Both the position numbers and the translations under genes were made by a program. Below are positions 1-8,815 of a stretch of DNA of 58,676 nt, piece after piece; the first letter of the stretch is position 1, and each line of letters begins with the position of its first letter. Under the pieces are notes generated by a model. That model worked only from the letters and a program-made list of their open reading frames with translations, was not told the origin of the DNA and did not search any database. Source of the DNA: Mycobacteriales bacterium (GTDB taxonomy: Bacteria; Actinomycetota; Actinomycetes; Mycobacteriales; SCTD01); assembly GCA_038236005.1 (NCBI GenBank), contig JBBSTI010000002.1, forward strand, positions 1 to 58,676, read 5' to 3'.

Positions 1-2
1 AG

Positions 3-1406
3 GCCCGCGGCATCTCCATCAGCTCGGCGGCGCTGCAGTTCGGCTACGGCCCGCCCGGCGCCGAAGCGGTTATCAACCTGGTCGACACGCCGGGCCACGC
101 CGACTTCTCCGAGGACACCTACCGGGTGCTGGCCGCGGTCGACTCCGCCGTGATGCTGCTCGACGCCGCCAAGGGCCTCGAGCCGCAGACGATGAAGCTG
201 TTCGACGTCTGCCGTCACCGCGGCATCCCGGTGATCACGGTGGTCAACAAATGGGACCGGCCGGGGCTCGAGGCCTTGCAGCTCATGGACGAGATCCGCG
301 ACCGCACCGGCCTGGAGCCGACCCCGCTGACCTGGCCGGTCGGGATCGCCGGAGACTTCCGCGGCGTGCTGGAGCGCAGCAGCGGCGACTTCCTGCGCTT
401 CACCCGTACGGCTGGAGGTGCCACGGTCGCCCCCGAGGAGCGAGTGCTGCCCGAGGCCGCGCTGGCCCGTGAGGGTGACGCCTGGTCCACGGCGGTCGAG
501 GAGAGCGAGCTGCTCACCGCGATGGGCCAGCAGCACGACGAGGAGAGCTTCCTCGCGGGCGTGTCGACGCCGGTGCTGTTCGGCTCGGCGGTGCTCAACT
601 TCGGGGTGCACCAGCTGCTCGACGTGCTGGTGTCGCTCGCGCCGCCCGCCGGCCCGCGGATCGACGCGCACGGTGAGCCGCGACCTCTGGACGACCCGTT
701 CAGCGCCTTCGTGTTCAAGATCCAGGCCGGGATGGACAGCAACCACCGGGACCGGCTCGCCTACGTGCGGGTGTGCTCGGGCGTCTTCGAGCGCGGCACC
801 GTCGTGACACATGCGGCGACCGGAAAACCCTTCGCGACAAAGTACGCGCAACAGGTGTTCGGGCGTGACCGCGAGACCGTCGACGTCGCCTACCCGGGGG
901 ATGTCGTCGGTCTGGTCAACGCCACGGCGCTGCGGGTCGGCGACAGCCTGTATGTCGACCAGCCGGTGTCCTTCCCGGAGATCCCGAGCTTTGCGCCGGA
1001 GCACTTCGTGGTCTGCCGAGCGGTCGACTCCGGCCGCTACAAGCAGTTCCGCCGGGGCATCGCGCAGCTGGAGCAGGAGGGCACGGTGCAGGTCTTGCGC
1101 AGCGACGCCCGCGGGGACCAGGCCCCGGTGCTGGCCGCCGTCGGACCGATGCAGTTCGAGGTCGCCGAGCACCGGATGGCCGGCGAGTTCAACTCCCCGG
1201 TGCGCCTGGACCACCTGCCCTACTCGCTGGCCCGGCTGACCGACCGGGCGAGCGCGAAGATGCTGGTCGGACAGAGCGGGGTCGAGGTGTTCGAACGAGG
1301 CGACGGCGAGCTGCTGGCGCTGTTCGCTGACAAGTGGCGGCTCTCGCGCGTGGAGCGGGACCTGCCGGACGCCGTCCTCGCCCCCCTGGTCGCCGCCACG
1401 TCCTGA
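3..1406 (+). CDS. prfC: Peptide chain release factor 3 (GTPase), 5' end cut by the window edge
   Basis: The frame is open from position 3. The translation shows GTPase motifs DTPGH and NKWD and overall RF3-like sequence (INLVDTPGHADFSEDTYR..VVNKWDR). GC3 is high throughout. Confidence 0.9.
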   Translation, partial: ARGISISSAALQFGYGPPGAEAVINLVDTPGHADFSEDTYRVLAAVDSAVMLLDAAKGLEPQTMKLFDVCRHRGIPVITVVNKWDRPGLEALQLMDEIRDRTGLEPTPLTWPVGIAGDFRGVLERSSGDFLRFTRTAGGATVAPEERVLPEAALAREGDAWSTAVEESELLTAMGQQHDEESFLAGVSTPVLFGSAVLNFGVHQLLDVLVSLAPPAGPRIDAHGEPRPLDDPFSAFVFKIQAGMDSNHRDRLAYVRVCSGVFERGTVVTHAATGKPFATKYAQQVFGRDRETVDVAYPGDVVGLVNATALRVGDSLYVDQPVSFPEIPSFAPEHFVVCRAVDSGRYKQFRRGIAQLEQEGTVQVLRSDARGDQAPVLAAVGPMQFEVAEHRMAGEFNSPVRLDHLPYSLARLTDRASAKMLVGQSGVEVFERGDGELLALFADKWRLSRVERDLPDAVLAPLVAATS

Positions 1407-1566
1407 CGGCTGCTCGCCAGGCGTGCGACGGTGCCGGTCGACCGTCACGGAGCTGCAGAGCGGCGGCCCCGACGCGGCCGAGGTTTCCGCGGGCGATCTG
1501 GCCGCCAGCCGCCGGTATCCTCCGCGGATGGACGCACCGCCGTACGGCCCAGGGGACTGAGCCCGC

Positions 1567-3063
1567 TTGGACGCCCAGCTCAACCTGTCCATCCTCGTGG
1601 GCTGTCTCGTCCTGCTCGTCGCCGTGCTTGCCGTCCGGGTCTCCCGGCGCACCGGTCTGCCGGTCCTGCTGCTCTACCTCGCGATCGGGCTCGCGGTGGG
1701 CAGCGGCGGGCTGGGCGTCGACTTCCAGGACTATGGGCTCACCGCTGACCTTGGGCTGCTCGCCCTCGCCCTGATCCTGGCCGAGGGTGGGCTGACGACC
1801 CGGTGGGCTGCCGTCCGCCCGGTGCTCCCGTTCGCCGGGGTGCTCGCCACTCTGGGGGTGGCGATCTCGGTCGGCGTCGTGACCGGGGTGACGCTGCTGC
1901 TGCTCGACGTGGACCTGCGGACCGCGGTCATCCTCGGGAGCATCGTCTCCTCGACCGACGCGGCGGCAGTCTTCTCGGTGCTGCGCAAGCTGCAGCTGAG
2001 CGAGCGTGTCAAGAGTGCCCTGGAGGTCGAGTCGGGGCTCAACGACGCCCCCGTGGTCGTGCTGGTCGTGCTGGCCAGCTCGGACGCGTGGGGCGAGGAC
2101 AGCCTGGCCCTGATCGCGTTCGAGATCCTGTCCGAGCTGGCGCTCGGCGCCGGGGTCGGGCTGCTGGTCGGGTGGCTCGGGATGCAGCTGCTCGGGAGGG
2201 CGGCGCTCGGCACGGCCGGGCTCTATCCGCTCGCGACCGTCGGGCTGGCCGTGCTCGCCTACAGCACGGCCAATGCCGTGCACGGCAGCGGCTTCCTGGC
2301 GGTCTACCTCGCCGGGCTCGTGCTCGGGAACTCCCACCTGCCGCACCGTCGGGCCGTGATCGGCTTCGCCAGCTCGGTCGCGCTGCTCGCCGAGGCAGGG
2401 TTGTTCGTCCTGCTCGGGCTGCTGGTCGCCCCGGGTCGGCTGACCGGCGCGTTGCTGGACGCGCTGGTGGTCGGTGCGGCCGCCACCTTCCTGGCCCGGC
2501 CGCTCGCGGTCGCCGTCTCGGCCCTCGCGTTCCGCGGCAGCGCTCAGCGGTGGCGCTGGCGGGAGCAGGTGTTCGTGTCCTGGGCCGGGCTGCGGGGAGC
2601 CGTGCCGATCGTGGTGGCGACCGTCCCGGTCACCCAGGGCGTGCCGGGAGGAGCGCGCGTGCTGGACGTGGTGTTCGTGCTCGTCGTCGTCTACACGCTC
2701 ATCCAGGCGCCCACGCTGCCGTTCCTGGGCCGGCGGCTCGGTCTCGTCGACACCTCCACGCCCTTCGACCTGGAGGTCGAGGCGGCCCCGCTGGAGGAGA
2801 TGGACGCGGACCTGCTCCAGCTGTCGGTGCCGCTCGGGTCCCACCTGGCCGGGGTGTACGTCACCGAGCTCCGGCTGCCCCCGGGCGCGCACATCACCCT
2901 GATCGTGCGCAACGGTTCCTCGCTGGTCCCACGCGGCGAGACCAGGTTGCTGCCCGGCGACCAGCTGCTCGTCGTGGCCGCCGACGGCGTGCGCGACGTC
3001 GCTGAGGCGCGGCTGCGTGCGGTCGCCCGCGGCGGCAAGCTGGCCCGGTGGTACGGAGCATGA
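1567..3063 (+). CDS. K+/H+ (cation/proton) antiporter, CPA1 NhaP2/CvrA type, with a C-terminal TrkA-C-like domain
   Basis: Polytopic hydrophobic N-terminal part with the ESGLNDAP exchanger motif and a soluble C-terminal about 80 aa. The start is TTG in the ORF track. Confidence 0.8.
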   Translation: MDAQLNLSILVGCLVLLVAVLAVRVSRRTGLPVLLLYLAIGLAVGSGGLGVDFQDYGLTADLGLLALALILAEGGLTTRWAAVRPVLPFAGVLATLGVAISVGVVTGVTLLLLDVDLRTAVILGSIVSSTDAAAVFSVLRKLQLSERVKSALEVESGLNDAPVVVLVVLASSDAWGEDSLALIAFEILSELALGAGVGLLVGWLGMQLLGRAALGTAGLYPLATVGLAVLAYSTANAVHGSGFLAVYLAGLVLGNSHLPHRRAVIGFASSVALLAEAGLFVLLGLLVAPGRLTGALLDALVVGAAATFLARPLAVAVSALAFRGSAQRWRWREQVFVSWAGLRGAVPIVVATVPVTQGVPGGARVLDVVFVLVVVYTLIQAPTLPFLGRRLGLVDTSTPFDLEVEAAPLEEMDADLLQLSVPLGSHLAGVYVTELRLPPGAHITLIVRNGSSLVPRGETRLLPGDQLLVVAADGVRDVAEARLRAVARGGKLARWYGA

Positions 3064-3069
3064 GGGGGC

Positions 3070-3726
3070 TCAGCTGCCGCAGGTCCGCGGGCAGGTGAGC
3101 AGCACGCGGAGCCCGGCAGGCAGCTCGGACAGCGCGGTCACCGAGCCGGGGAAGGCCAGCCGGGCGTCGGTGACCCCGTCCTCGGTGACGACCGACACGC
3201 GCAGGCCGAACCGGTCGAGCGAGACCGGTTCGACGAACAGGGCCCACGGGTCCAGCTGCGAGCGCACGCAGGCCAGCAGGGCGTCGGCGTGCGTCTGGCG
3301 TACGTGACGCACGAGCTCGTCGGACAGCGGTGCCAGCGGGTCCGGCTGCGCGGCGCGATAGTCCGACAGGGCGACCGGCAGCGGGGACCCGCCCAGCTTG
3401 ATCGACACCGGGTCGACGCGGAACCTCAGCCGACCCTCCGGGTCGCGCCCGGGCAGCCGCCTCGACCCGCCGGCCAGGATCGTGGCCGGGTGCCCGGCAG
3501 CGGCGACCGTGAGCGTCGCGAGCGGTCGGCGGAACAGGTCCACCGCGGCCTGGCTCCCGTACCGCAGCGAGACCTGCACCCCGCCGTCACCCAGGTCGTG
3601 CACGGACACCAGCGTCGTCCGCACCGGAGCGGCCCCTCCGCAGGAGGCGCGCCCGTAGGTGTGCAGGGTCCCCACCCGCGACACCGACACCGCGGTCCGG
3701 GCCCGCTCGGCGGCAGAAGGTTCCAT
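3070..3726 (-). CDS. DUF2470-containing, HugZ-like (PNPOx-like split barrel) putative heme-utilisation protein
   Basis: 218-aa ORF with high GC3. The family is recognised from overall sequence only. An iron-box-like site lies directly upstream. Confidence 0.5.
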   Translation of the reverse strand: MEPSAAERARTAVSVSRVGTLHTYGRASCGGAAPVRTTLVSVHDLGDGGVQVSLRYGSQAAVDLFRRPLATLTVAAAGHPATILAGGSRRLPGRDPEGRLRFRVDPVSIKLGGSPLPVALSDYRAAQPDPLAPLSDELVRHVRQTHADALLACVRSQLDPWALFVEPVSLDRFGLRVSVVTEDGVTDARLAFPGSVTALSELPAGLRVLLTCPRTCGS

Positions 3727-3761
3727 CGGTGCTCCTCAGGTCCACTCCCGGGCAGTCCGGG

Positions 3762-3780
3762 TTAGGGCAACCTAACCTAG
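3762..3780. promoter_or_regulatory. Candidate IdeR/DtxR iron box
   Basis: TTAGGGCAACCTAACCTAG matches 14/19 (15/19 on the other strand) of the mycobacterial consensus TTAGGTTAGGCTAACCTAA. It lies 36-54 nt upstream of the ATG at 3726. Confidence 0.5.
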
Positions 3781-3802
3781 TGCCCGGGGGCCGTCCAGGG
3801 AG

Positions 3803-5224
3803 TCACCAGGCGCAGGGGGCGTAGTCCTTCAGGAACACCCCGAACACGTCCTCGCCCGCCTCGCCGCGAACCACCGGGTCATAGACGCGGGCGGCTCCGT
3901 CGACCAGGTCGAGCGGCGCGTGGAACCCCTCGGCGGCCAGGCGCACGCGGGTGGGGTGCGGTCGCTCGTCGGTGATCCAGCCGGTGTCGACCGCGGTCAT
4001 CAGGATTCCGTCGGTCTCGAACATCTCCCGTGCGCTGGTGCGGGTCAGCATGTTCAGCGCGGCCTTGGCCATGTTGGTGTGCGGGTGCCCGGGGCCCTTG
4101 TAGCCCCGCCCGAACTGGCCCTCCATCGCGCTGACGTTCACGACGTACGTCCGACGCGCGGCCGAGCTCGCCAGACAGGCCCGCAGGCGCGAGATCAGCA
4201 GGAACGGGGCCGTGCTGTTGCACAGCTGCACCTCGAGCAGCTCGACCGGGTCGACGGCCTCGACGCCCTGCACCCAGCTGTTGCTGTGCGCGAGGTCCGG
4301 CACGAGCCCGCCGGCGTCGATCGCTGTGCCGTCCTCGATCCGAGCCAGGCTCGCCGAACCGGCGGTCAGCGCGAGCGTGACCAGCTCGGGATGCTCCGAC
4401 AGCGCGCCGGTCAGCGCGTGCGGGTGCCCGTCCCGCACCGCGTCGAAGCTCTCGATCTCCGGCATCGGACCGGCCGGCAGCGGGAGCGACTCGGCGTCGA
4501 CCAGCGGCTGGTAGGCGCCCGGAGAGCGACGGACGGTCTGGGCCGCGTTGTTGATGAGCACGTCGAGGCTGCCCTGCGCCGCGACCGAGTCGGCGAGCGC
4601 CAGCACCTGCGCCGGGTCGCGCAGGTCGATGCCGACGATCCGCAGCCGGTGGAGCCAGTCGGCGCTGTCGTCCATCGCGGCGAACCGCCGCGCCGCGTCC
4701 TTGGGGAACCGAGTGGTGATCGTCGTGTGCGCGCCGTCGCGCAGCAGGCGCAGCGCGATGTACATGCCGATCTTCGCGCGCCCCCCGGTGAGCAGGGCGC
4801 GACGACCGGTCAGGTCGGTGCGGGCCTCGCGACGCGAGAAGTTGAGCGCCGCGCAGGCCGGGCACAGCTGGTGGTACCAGGCGTCCACCCGGGTGTACTT
4901 CTGCTTGCAGACGTAGCAGCCGCGAGCGACCAGCAGCTCGCCGGCGCTCTCGCCCACGACCCGGCTGCCCAGCGGCAGCCCGGCGGTCTCGTCGTCGACC
5001 CGGTCCGGTGCCGCGGTCGCGGTCGCCGCGAGCACGGCCCGGTCGGCCGCCTGGACCCGCTCGTGGTGGTCCTTGCGCCGACGCACCTTGACCGCCTTGA
5101 ACAGTCCCGCCGTCGCCTGACGGACCGCGACACCGTCGGGGTCCTCGGGCGACAGCGCGGTCGCGTGAGCGACGACGCGGTGGAAGGCCGCAAGGTCGGC
5201 GGGGTCGATCGGCACGGCAACCAC
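3803..5224 (-). CDS. SDR-family oxidoreductase with an N-terminal CxxC..CxxC zinc-ribbon-like extension
   Basis: Rossmann motif [10 protein letters not shown], an INNAA motif, and CYVC..CPAC upstream of the Rossmann fold. The start is taken as the GTG at 5224. The 646-aa ORF in the track runs further into msrA antisense and was trimmed. Confidence 0.75.
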   Translation of the reverse strand: MVAVPIDPADLAAFHRVVAHATALSPEDPDGVAVRQATAGLFKAVKVRRRKDHHERVQAADRAVLAATATAAPDRVDDETAGLPLGSRVVGESAGELLVARGCYVCKQKYTRVDAWYHQLCPACAALNFSRREARTDLTGRRALLTGGRAKIGMYIALRLLRDGAHTTITTRFPKDAARRFAAMDDSADWLHRLRIVGIDLRDPAQVLALADSVAAQGSLDVLINNAAQTVRRSPGAYQPLVDAESLPLPAGPMPEIESFDAVRDGHPHALTGALSEHPELVTLALTAGSASLARIEDGTAIDAGGLVPDLAHSNSWVQGVEAVDPVELLEVQLCNSTAPFLLISRLRACLASSAARRTYVVNVSAMEGQFGRGYKGPGHPHTNMAKAALNMLTRTSAREMFETDGILMTAVDTGWITDERPHPTRVRLAAEGFHAPLDLVDGAARVYDPVVRGEAGEDVFGVFLKDYAPCAW

Positions 5225-5258
5225 ACTAGGGACGTCGATCAGGGACGTGACGGCGCCG

Positions 5259-5284
5259 GGAACGCGCTCGGCCGGACCGCTGTT
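5259..5284 (+). promoter_or_regulatory. Candidate SigH/SigR-type promoter (GGAAC-N18-GTT) for msrA
   Basis: GGAAC at 5259-5263, exactly 18 nt, then GTT at 5282-5284. The RBS GAGGAG and the msrA ATG follow about 30 nt downstream. Confidence 0.5.
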
Positions 5285-5314
5285 GTGCAGGACAGTCGAT
5301 CTGAGGAGCTTCCC

Positions 5315-5968
5315 ATGTGGTTCAGCAAGCCCACCGCCCTTCCCACCGCGGAGCAGGCCCTGCCCGGTCGGGACGAGACGATCACCCTGCCCGAGCGTCA
5401 CGAGGTGCTGGGGAGCCCGCTCACCGGCCCGTACGCAGACGGCCTGGAGGTCCTGGACCTCGGCCTGGGCTGCTTCTGGGGCGCGGAGCGGATCTTCTGG
5501 CAGACCCCCGGCGTCGTCACCACGCTGGTCGGCTACGAGGGCGGGCTGACGCCCAACCCGCGCTACGAGGAGACCACGACCGGTCTCACCGGGCACGCCG
5601 AGGTGGTCCGGGTGGTCTTCGACCCGAAGCAGATCACCGCCGAGCAGCTGCTGGTGCTGTTCTTCGAGTCGCACGACCCGACCCAGGGGATGCGCCAGGG
5701 CAACGACGTCGGCTCGACCTACCGCTCGGCCGTCTACACGCACTCGGCCGAGCAGCTGGCGACCGCCAAAGAGGTCCGGGCCCGCTACCAGGGCGCGCTG
5801 ACCGCCTCACGCAAGGGCACGATCACCACCGAGATCCTGCCGGCCACCGCGTTCTACAACGCCGAGAGCTACCACCAGCAGTACTTGGCGAAGAACCCGA
5901 GCGGCTACTGCGGTATCGGCGGCACCGGGGTGTCCTGCCCGATCGGGACCGGCGTCACGTCTTCGTGA
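5315..5968 (+). CDS. msrA: Peptide methionine (S)-sulfoxide reductase
   Basis: GCFWGAE active-site motif, typical MsrA length, and RBS GAGGAG before the ATG at 5315. Confidence 0.95.
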   Translation: MWFSKPTALPTAEQALPGRDETITLPERHEVLGSPLTGPYADGLEVLDLGLGCFWGAERIFWQTPGVVTTLVGYEGGLTPNPRYEETTTGLTGHAEVVRVVFDPKQITAEQLLVLFFESHDPTQGMRQGNDVGSTYRSAVYTHSAEQLATAKEVRARYQGALTASRKGTITTEILPATAFYNAESYHQQYLAKNPSGYCGIGGTGVSCPIGTGVTSS

Positions 5969-6022
5969 CAGATCGTCGCTGGCAGGTCGCGCTGGCAGGA
6001 CGCCACTGACAGACTGGACGGC

Positions 6023-6730
6023 ATGAGCGACCGTCGGGACCTTGGTGTCCCGGCGGTCGTCGTGCTGTGGGTCCCGGCCGTGCTGGGCCTCGACACCGGG
6101 GCGTCGCACCTGCAGCAAGCCTTGTTGGGTGTCGGCACCTGGGTGCTCCTGGGCGTGCTGCTGCTCGGCGAACGACTCGCCACCCGGGTGCAGGTCGGTG
6201 TGGTCGTGGTTTTCGCGACGATGATCGAATACGTCTTCAGCGACTGGCTGCACACCTACGTCTACCGGCTGGACAACGTGCCGGCTTTCGTGCCGCCCGG
6301 TCACGGGTTGGTCTACCTCGCGGCGCTCTGCATCGGACGCTCGGCGTTCGCGCACCGCCGCGGAAAAGCCCTGCTGACCGTCGTCCTGGTGGGTCTGGGT
6401 CTGTGGTCGCTCTGGGGGGTCACCTTCGCCGAACGCCCGGACGTGCTCGGGATGTTCTGGTTCCTCTGCCTTCTCGCGTTCGTGCGCTGGGGGCAGAGCC
6501 CGCTGCTCTACCTGGGGGCTGCGCTCGTCGTGACCTATCTCGAGCTGATCGGGACCGGGCTCGGCACCTGGGCCTGGGGCGCGTATGACCCGGTGCTCGG
6601 GGTGATCAGCATGGGCAACCCGCCGAGCGGTGTCGCCGGCGGCTACGGCTTCTTCGACGCCGCTGCCCTCGTTCTGACGCCCAGGCTGCTCGGACGACAG
6701 ATGGACCTGGCGGCCCCCGAACGTCCGTGA
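6023..6730 (+). CDS. Hypothetical polytopic membrane protein
   Basis: 235-aa ORF with about 6 hydrophobic helices and high GC3. No family recognised. Confidence 0.55.
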   Translation: MSDRRDLGVPAVVVLWVPAVLGLDTGASHLQQALLGVGTWVLLGVLLLGERLATRVQVGVVVVFATMIEYVFSDWLHTYVYRLDNVPAFVPPGHGLVYLAALCIGRSAFAHRRGKALLTVVLVGLGLWSLWGVTFAERPDVLGMFWFLCLLAFVRWGQSPLLYLGAALVVTYLELIGTGLGTWAWGAYDPVLGVISMGNPPSGVAGGYGFFDAAALVLTPRLLGRQMDLAAPERP

Positions 6731-6825
6731 TCATGATCATCTGCACCCTCGGTGACCGTTCTGGGGGTGCAGACGGCCATGATCACCGGAAAGGGAACCG
6801 GCCGACGACCGGCCGACGACCGGTC
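6728..6825. repeat. Structured intergenic block holding a 12-bp palindrome, a hairpin flanked by ATGATCA direct repeats, and an 11-bp tandem repeat
   Basis: TGATCATGATCA at 6728-6739. A 9-bp stem pairs tctgcaccc (6740-6748) with gggtgcaga (6765-6773). ATGATCA recurs at 6779-6785. ccggccgacga occurs about 2.5 times at 6798-6825. Confidence 0.7.
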
Positions 6826-7147
6826 ACGAGCGGCGCGTCAGCTCGGTGTCGACGGCCGCCAGGTCGTCGCGCAGCGCGGCCGCCCGCTCGAAGTCCAGCT
6901 CGTGGCTGGCCCGTCCCATCGCCGCGACCAGCCGCTCCCGTTGCGTCATGAGCTGGGTGACGGTCCGCTGGGCCAGCTGCACCGCAGCGGTCTCGACGTA
7001 GGCCGAACCGTTCTCGTCGAGCATCGGCTGGCGGTCCGGAGCCGCTCCGATGTGGTGGTGACGCCCGGTCTCCGGTGCCCGGTAGATGCCGCTGCGCCGG
7101 CGGACCAGGTCACGGGCCCGCCCGGAGGAGGGTGGCAGCTCGGTCAC
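6824..7147 (-). CDS. UVR (UvrB/UvrC motif) domain-containing small protein
   Basis: The C-terminus [18 protein letters not shown] is a UVR motif. Its GTG start overlaps the hisN stop (GTGA). GC3 is high from 7147 down. Confidence 0.6.
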   Translation of the reverse strand: MTELPPSSGRARDLVRRRSGIYRAPETGRHHHIGAAPDRQPMLDENGSAYVETAAVQLAQRTVTQLMTQRERLVAAMGRASHELDFERAAALRDDLAAVDTELTRRS

Positions 7148-7977
7148 GGTTGGAGGCCGGTCGTTCGGGGTCCAGGATCGAGACCGTCGAGCAGCGCCGG
7201 GTGCAGCAGCCCGTTGCTGCAGACCACGCTGCCGCCGTCCGGGCCCGTACGGCCGGCAAGGTCGGTGAACCTGCCGCCAGCCTCGGTCACGATGGGCTCC
7301 AGCGCAGCGAGGTCCCACACGCTCACCTCCGGCTCGAAGGATCCGTCGACCGCCCCCTCGGCGACGAGCACGTGGCTCCAGAAGTCACCGAAGGCGCGGG
7401 TGCGCCAGACCTGTTCGGACAGCACCAGCAGCCCGTCGAGCCGCCCCTGCTGCTGCCAGCCGGTCAGGGAGCTGTAGGCAAGGCTCGCGTCCGACAGCGA
7501 CGCCACCCCGCTCACCGACAGCTGCGTCCCGTCGCCCGGCCCGGTCCCCGCCCACGCCCCGTGGCCGAGCGCCGCCCACCAGCGGCGACCGAGCGCGGGA
7601 GCGCTCACCACCCCGACCTGCGTCCGTCCACCGATCTGCAGCGCGATCAGGGTCGCCCACACCGGCACGCCTCGTACGAAGTTCTTGGTGCCGTCGATCG
7701 GGTCGATCACCCAGCGCCTCGGGCCGTCGCCGATCAGGCCTGCCTCCTCCCCGAGAACGGCGTCTCCGGGGCGGTGCTCGGCGATCAGCGTCCGCAGCAG
7801 CGTCTCGACCGCGGTGTCCGCGTCGCTGACCGGGGTCAGGTCCGGCTTGCTGTCCACCCGCAGGTCGCCCGCCCGGAACCGGGCCGTCGTGATCGCGTCG
7901 GCGGCGTCGGCCAGCACATGGGCCAGGGCCAGATCCGCACCGGCAGCGTCGTTGTCCTGGTCAGGGGGCACGGTCAC
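7144..7977 (-). CDS. hisN: Histidinol-phosphatase, inositol-monophosphatase family
   Basis: IMPase signature [25 protein letters not shown] and [13 protein letters not shown]. Confidence 0.75.
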   Translation of the reverse strand: MTVPPDQDNDAAGADLALAHVLADAADAITTARFRAGDLRVDSKPDLTPVSDADTAVETLLRTLIAEHRPGDAVLGEEAGLIGDGPRRWVIDPIDGTKNFVRGVPVWATLIALQIGGRTQVGVVSAPALGRRWWAALGHGAWAGTGPGDGTQLSVSGVASLSDASLAYSSLTGWQQQGRLDGLLVLSEQVWRTRAFGDFWSHVLVAEGAVDGSFEPEVSVWDLAALEPIVTEAGGRFTDLAGRTGPDGGSVVCSNGLLHPALLDGLDPGPRTTGLQP

Positions 7978-8018
7978 GACCCTAAGGTGAGCGGCATGGT
8001 GCCGACCGTGCAGCGCGC

Positions 8019-8231
8019 ATGACCCGCGACGAGGTCGTCGCCGTTCTCGTCGAGAAGATGCCGACAGAGGACCCGGACCTGGAAGCGGCGTTCCCCGGTG
8101 ACTCGCTGGCCTTCATCGAGCTCGTGATGGACCTCGAGGACGCGCTCGGCGTCGAGCTGGACGAGCAGCAGGTCAGTCAGACGCAGACGCTGGAAGACCT
8201 GGTGCTGCTCTGCTTAGCCGCGGCGGCCTGA
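8019..8231 (+). CDS. Stand-alone acyl/peptidyl carrier protein-like ORF (70 aa)
   Basis: [19 protein letters not shown] resembles the phosphopantetheine attachment motif (DSL). The protein is acidic and GC3 is high. Confidence 0.6.
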   Translation: MTRDEVVAVLVEKMPTEDPDLEAAFPGDSLAFIELVMDLEDALGVELDEQQVSQTQTLEDLVLLCLAAAA

Positions 8232-8798
8232 GGCTCTCAGCAGCACGACCGCGCCGGTCACCGACCACAGGTCGAACAGGGTGAGCCCACTGCGCTGGAA
8301 CAGCCCGGTCAGGTCATCGAAGGACACGCTCGCCACCAGGCACGCGGCCATCGCGGCCGACAGCGCGTAGGACGCCTTGCGCGCCGCAGGCGACCGCAGG
8401 TGCCGGGCCACCACGATCGGGGCGATCACATTCGCGAGGTAGGCCGTGCCGGCCGCGACGGTGTGCCAGGTGTCGATGCGCTGGTCTCCCTCGGCAGACA
8501 GCGGCAGGGCGGCGACCGCGAGGGTCCCGAGCGCCGTGACCGTGACCGCCACGTGCGCGCTCCGGGAGCAGAGCGCGACCCCGAGCTCGCGCGCGTAGAA
8601 CGGCATGGCGAGGCCGAAGACGACGAAGCCCGTGGTCATCAGCGGCTGCGTGGAGGTGCCCTGCTCGGCGAGCCGACTGATCGCGTCCGAGACGGGGGAG
8701 TAGCCGTCGTCGCGCAGCAGGCCCCCGGTCACCCATGCCCCGACGAAGGCCGCCGGCCCGACGATCCCGGTGAGCGTGGCTGCGCGGCGTCTGATCAC
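8214..8798 (-). CDS. DUF998-like membrane protein
   Basis: 194 aa with about 6 TM helices. The family call rests on overall similarity only. Confidence 0.55.
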   Translation of the reverse strand: MIRRRAATLTGIVGPAAFVGAWVTGGLLRDDGYSPVSDAISRLAEQGTSTQPLMTTGFVVFGLAMPFYARELGVALCSRSAHVAVTVTALGTLAVAALPLSAEGDQRIDTWHTVAAGTAYLANVIAPIVVARHLRSPAARKASYALSAAMAACLVASVSFDDLTGLFQRSGLTLFDLWSVTGAVVLLRASGRRG

Positions 8799-8815
8799 CG
8801 GGTCACGGTAGGCGG

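Noticed and set aside
1189-2892. 567-aa minus-strand ORF, plus several 100-400-aa ORFs, overlapping the cation/proton antiporter gene
   Set aside because: The translation is Arg/Gly/Pro/Glu-rich low complexity with no family resemblance. It lies antisense to a well-supported membrane transporter. This is the typical shadow ORF of high-GC DNA.
3920-5314. Upstream 465 codons of the 682-aa plus-strand ORF that ends as msrA
   Set aside because: Only the part from the ATG at 5315, with RBS GAGGAG, resembles MsrA. The upstream part is antisense to the SDR gene and is low-complexity.
5225-5743. N-terminal 173 codons of the 646-aa minus-strand ORF (SDR gene) running antisense through msrA
   Set aside because: It has no homology-like features and overlaps the strongly supported msrA. 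The SDR start was moved to the GTG at 5224.
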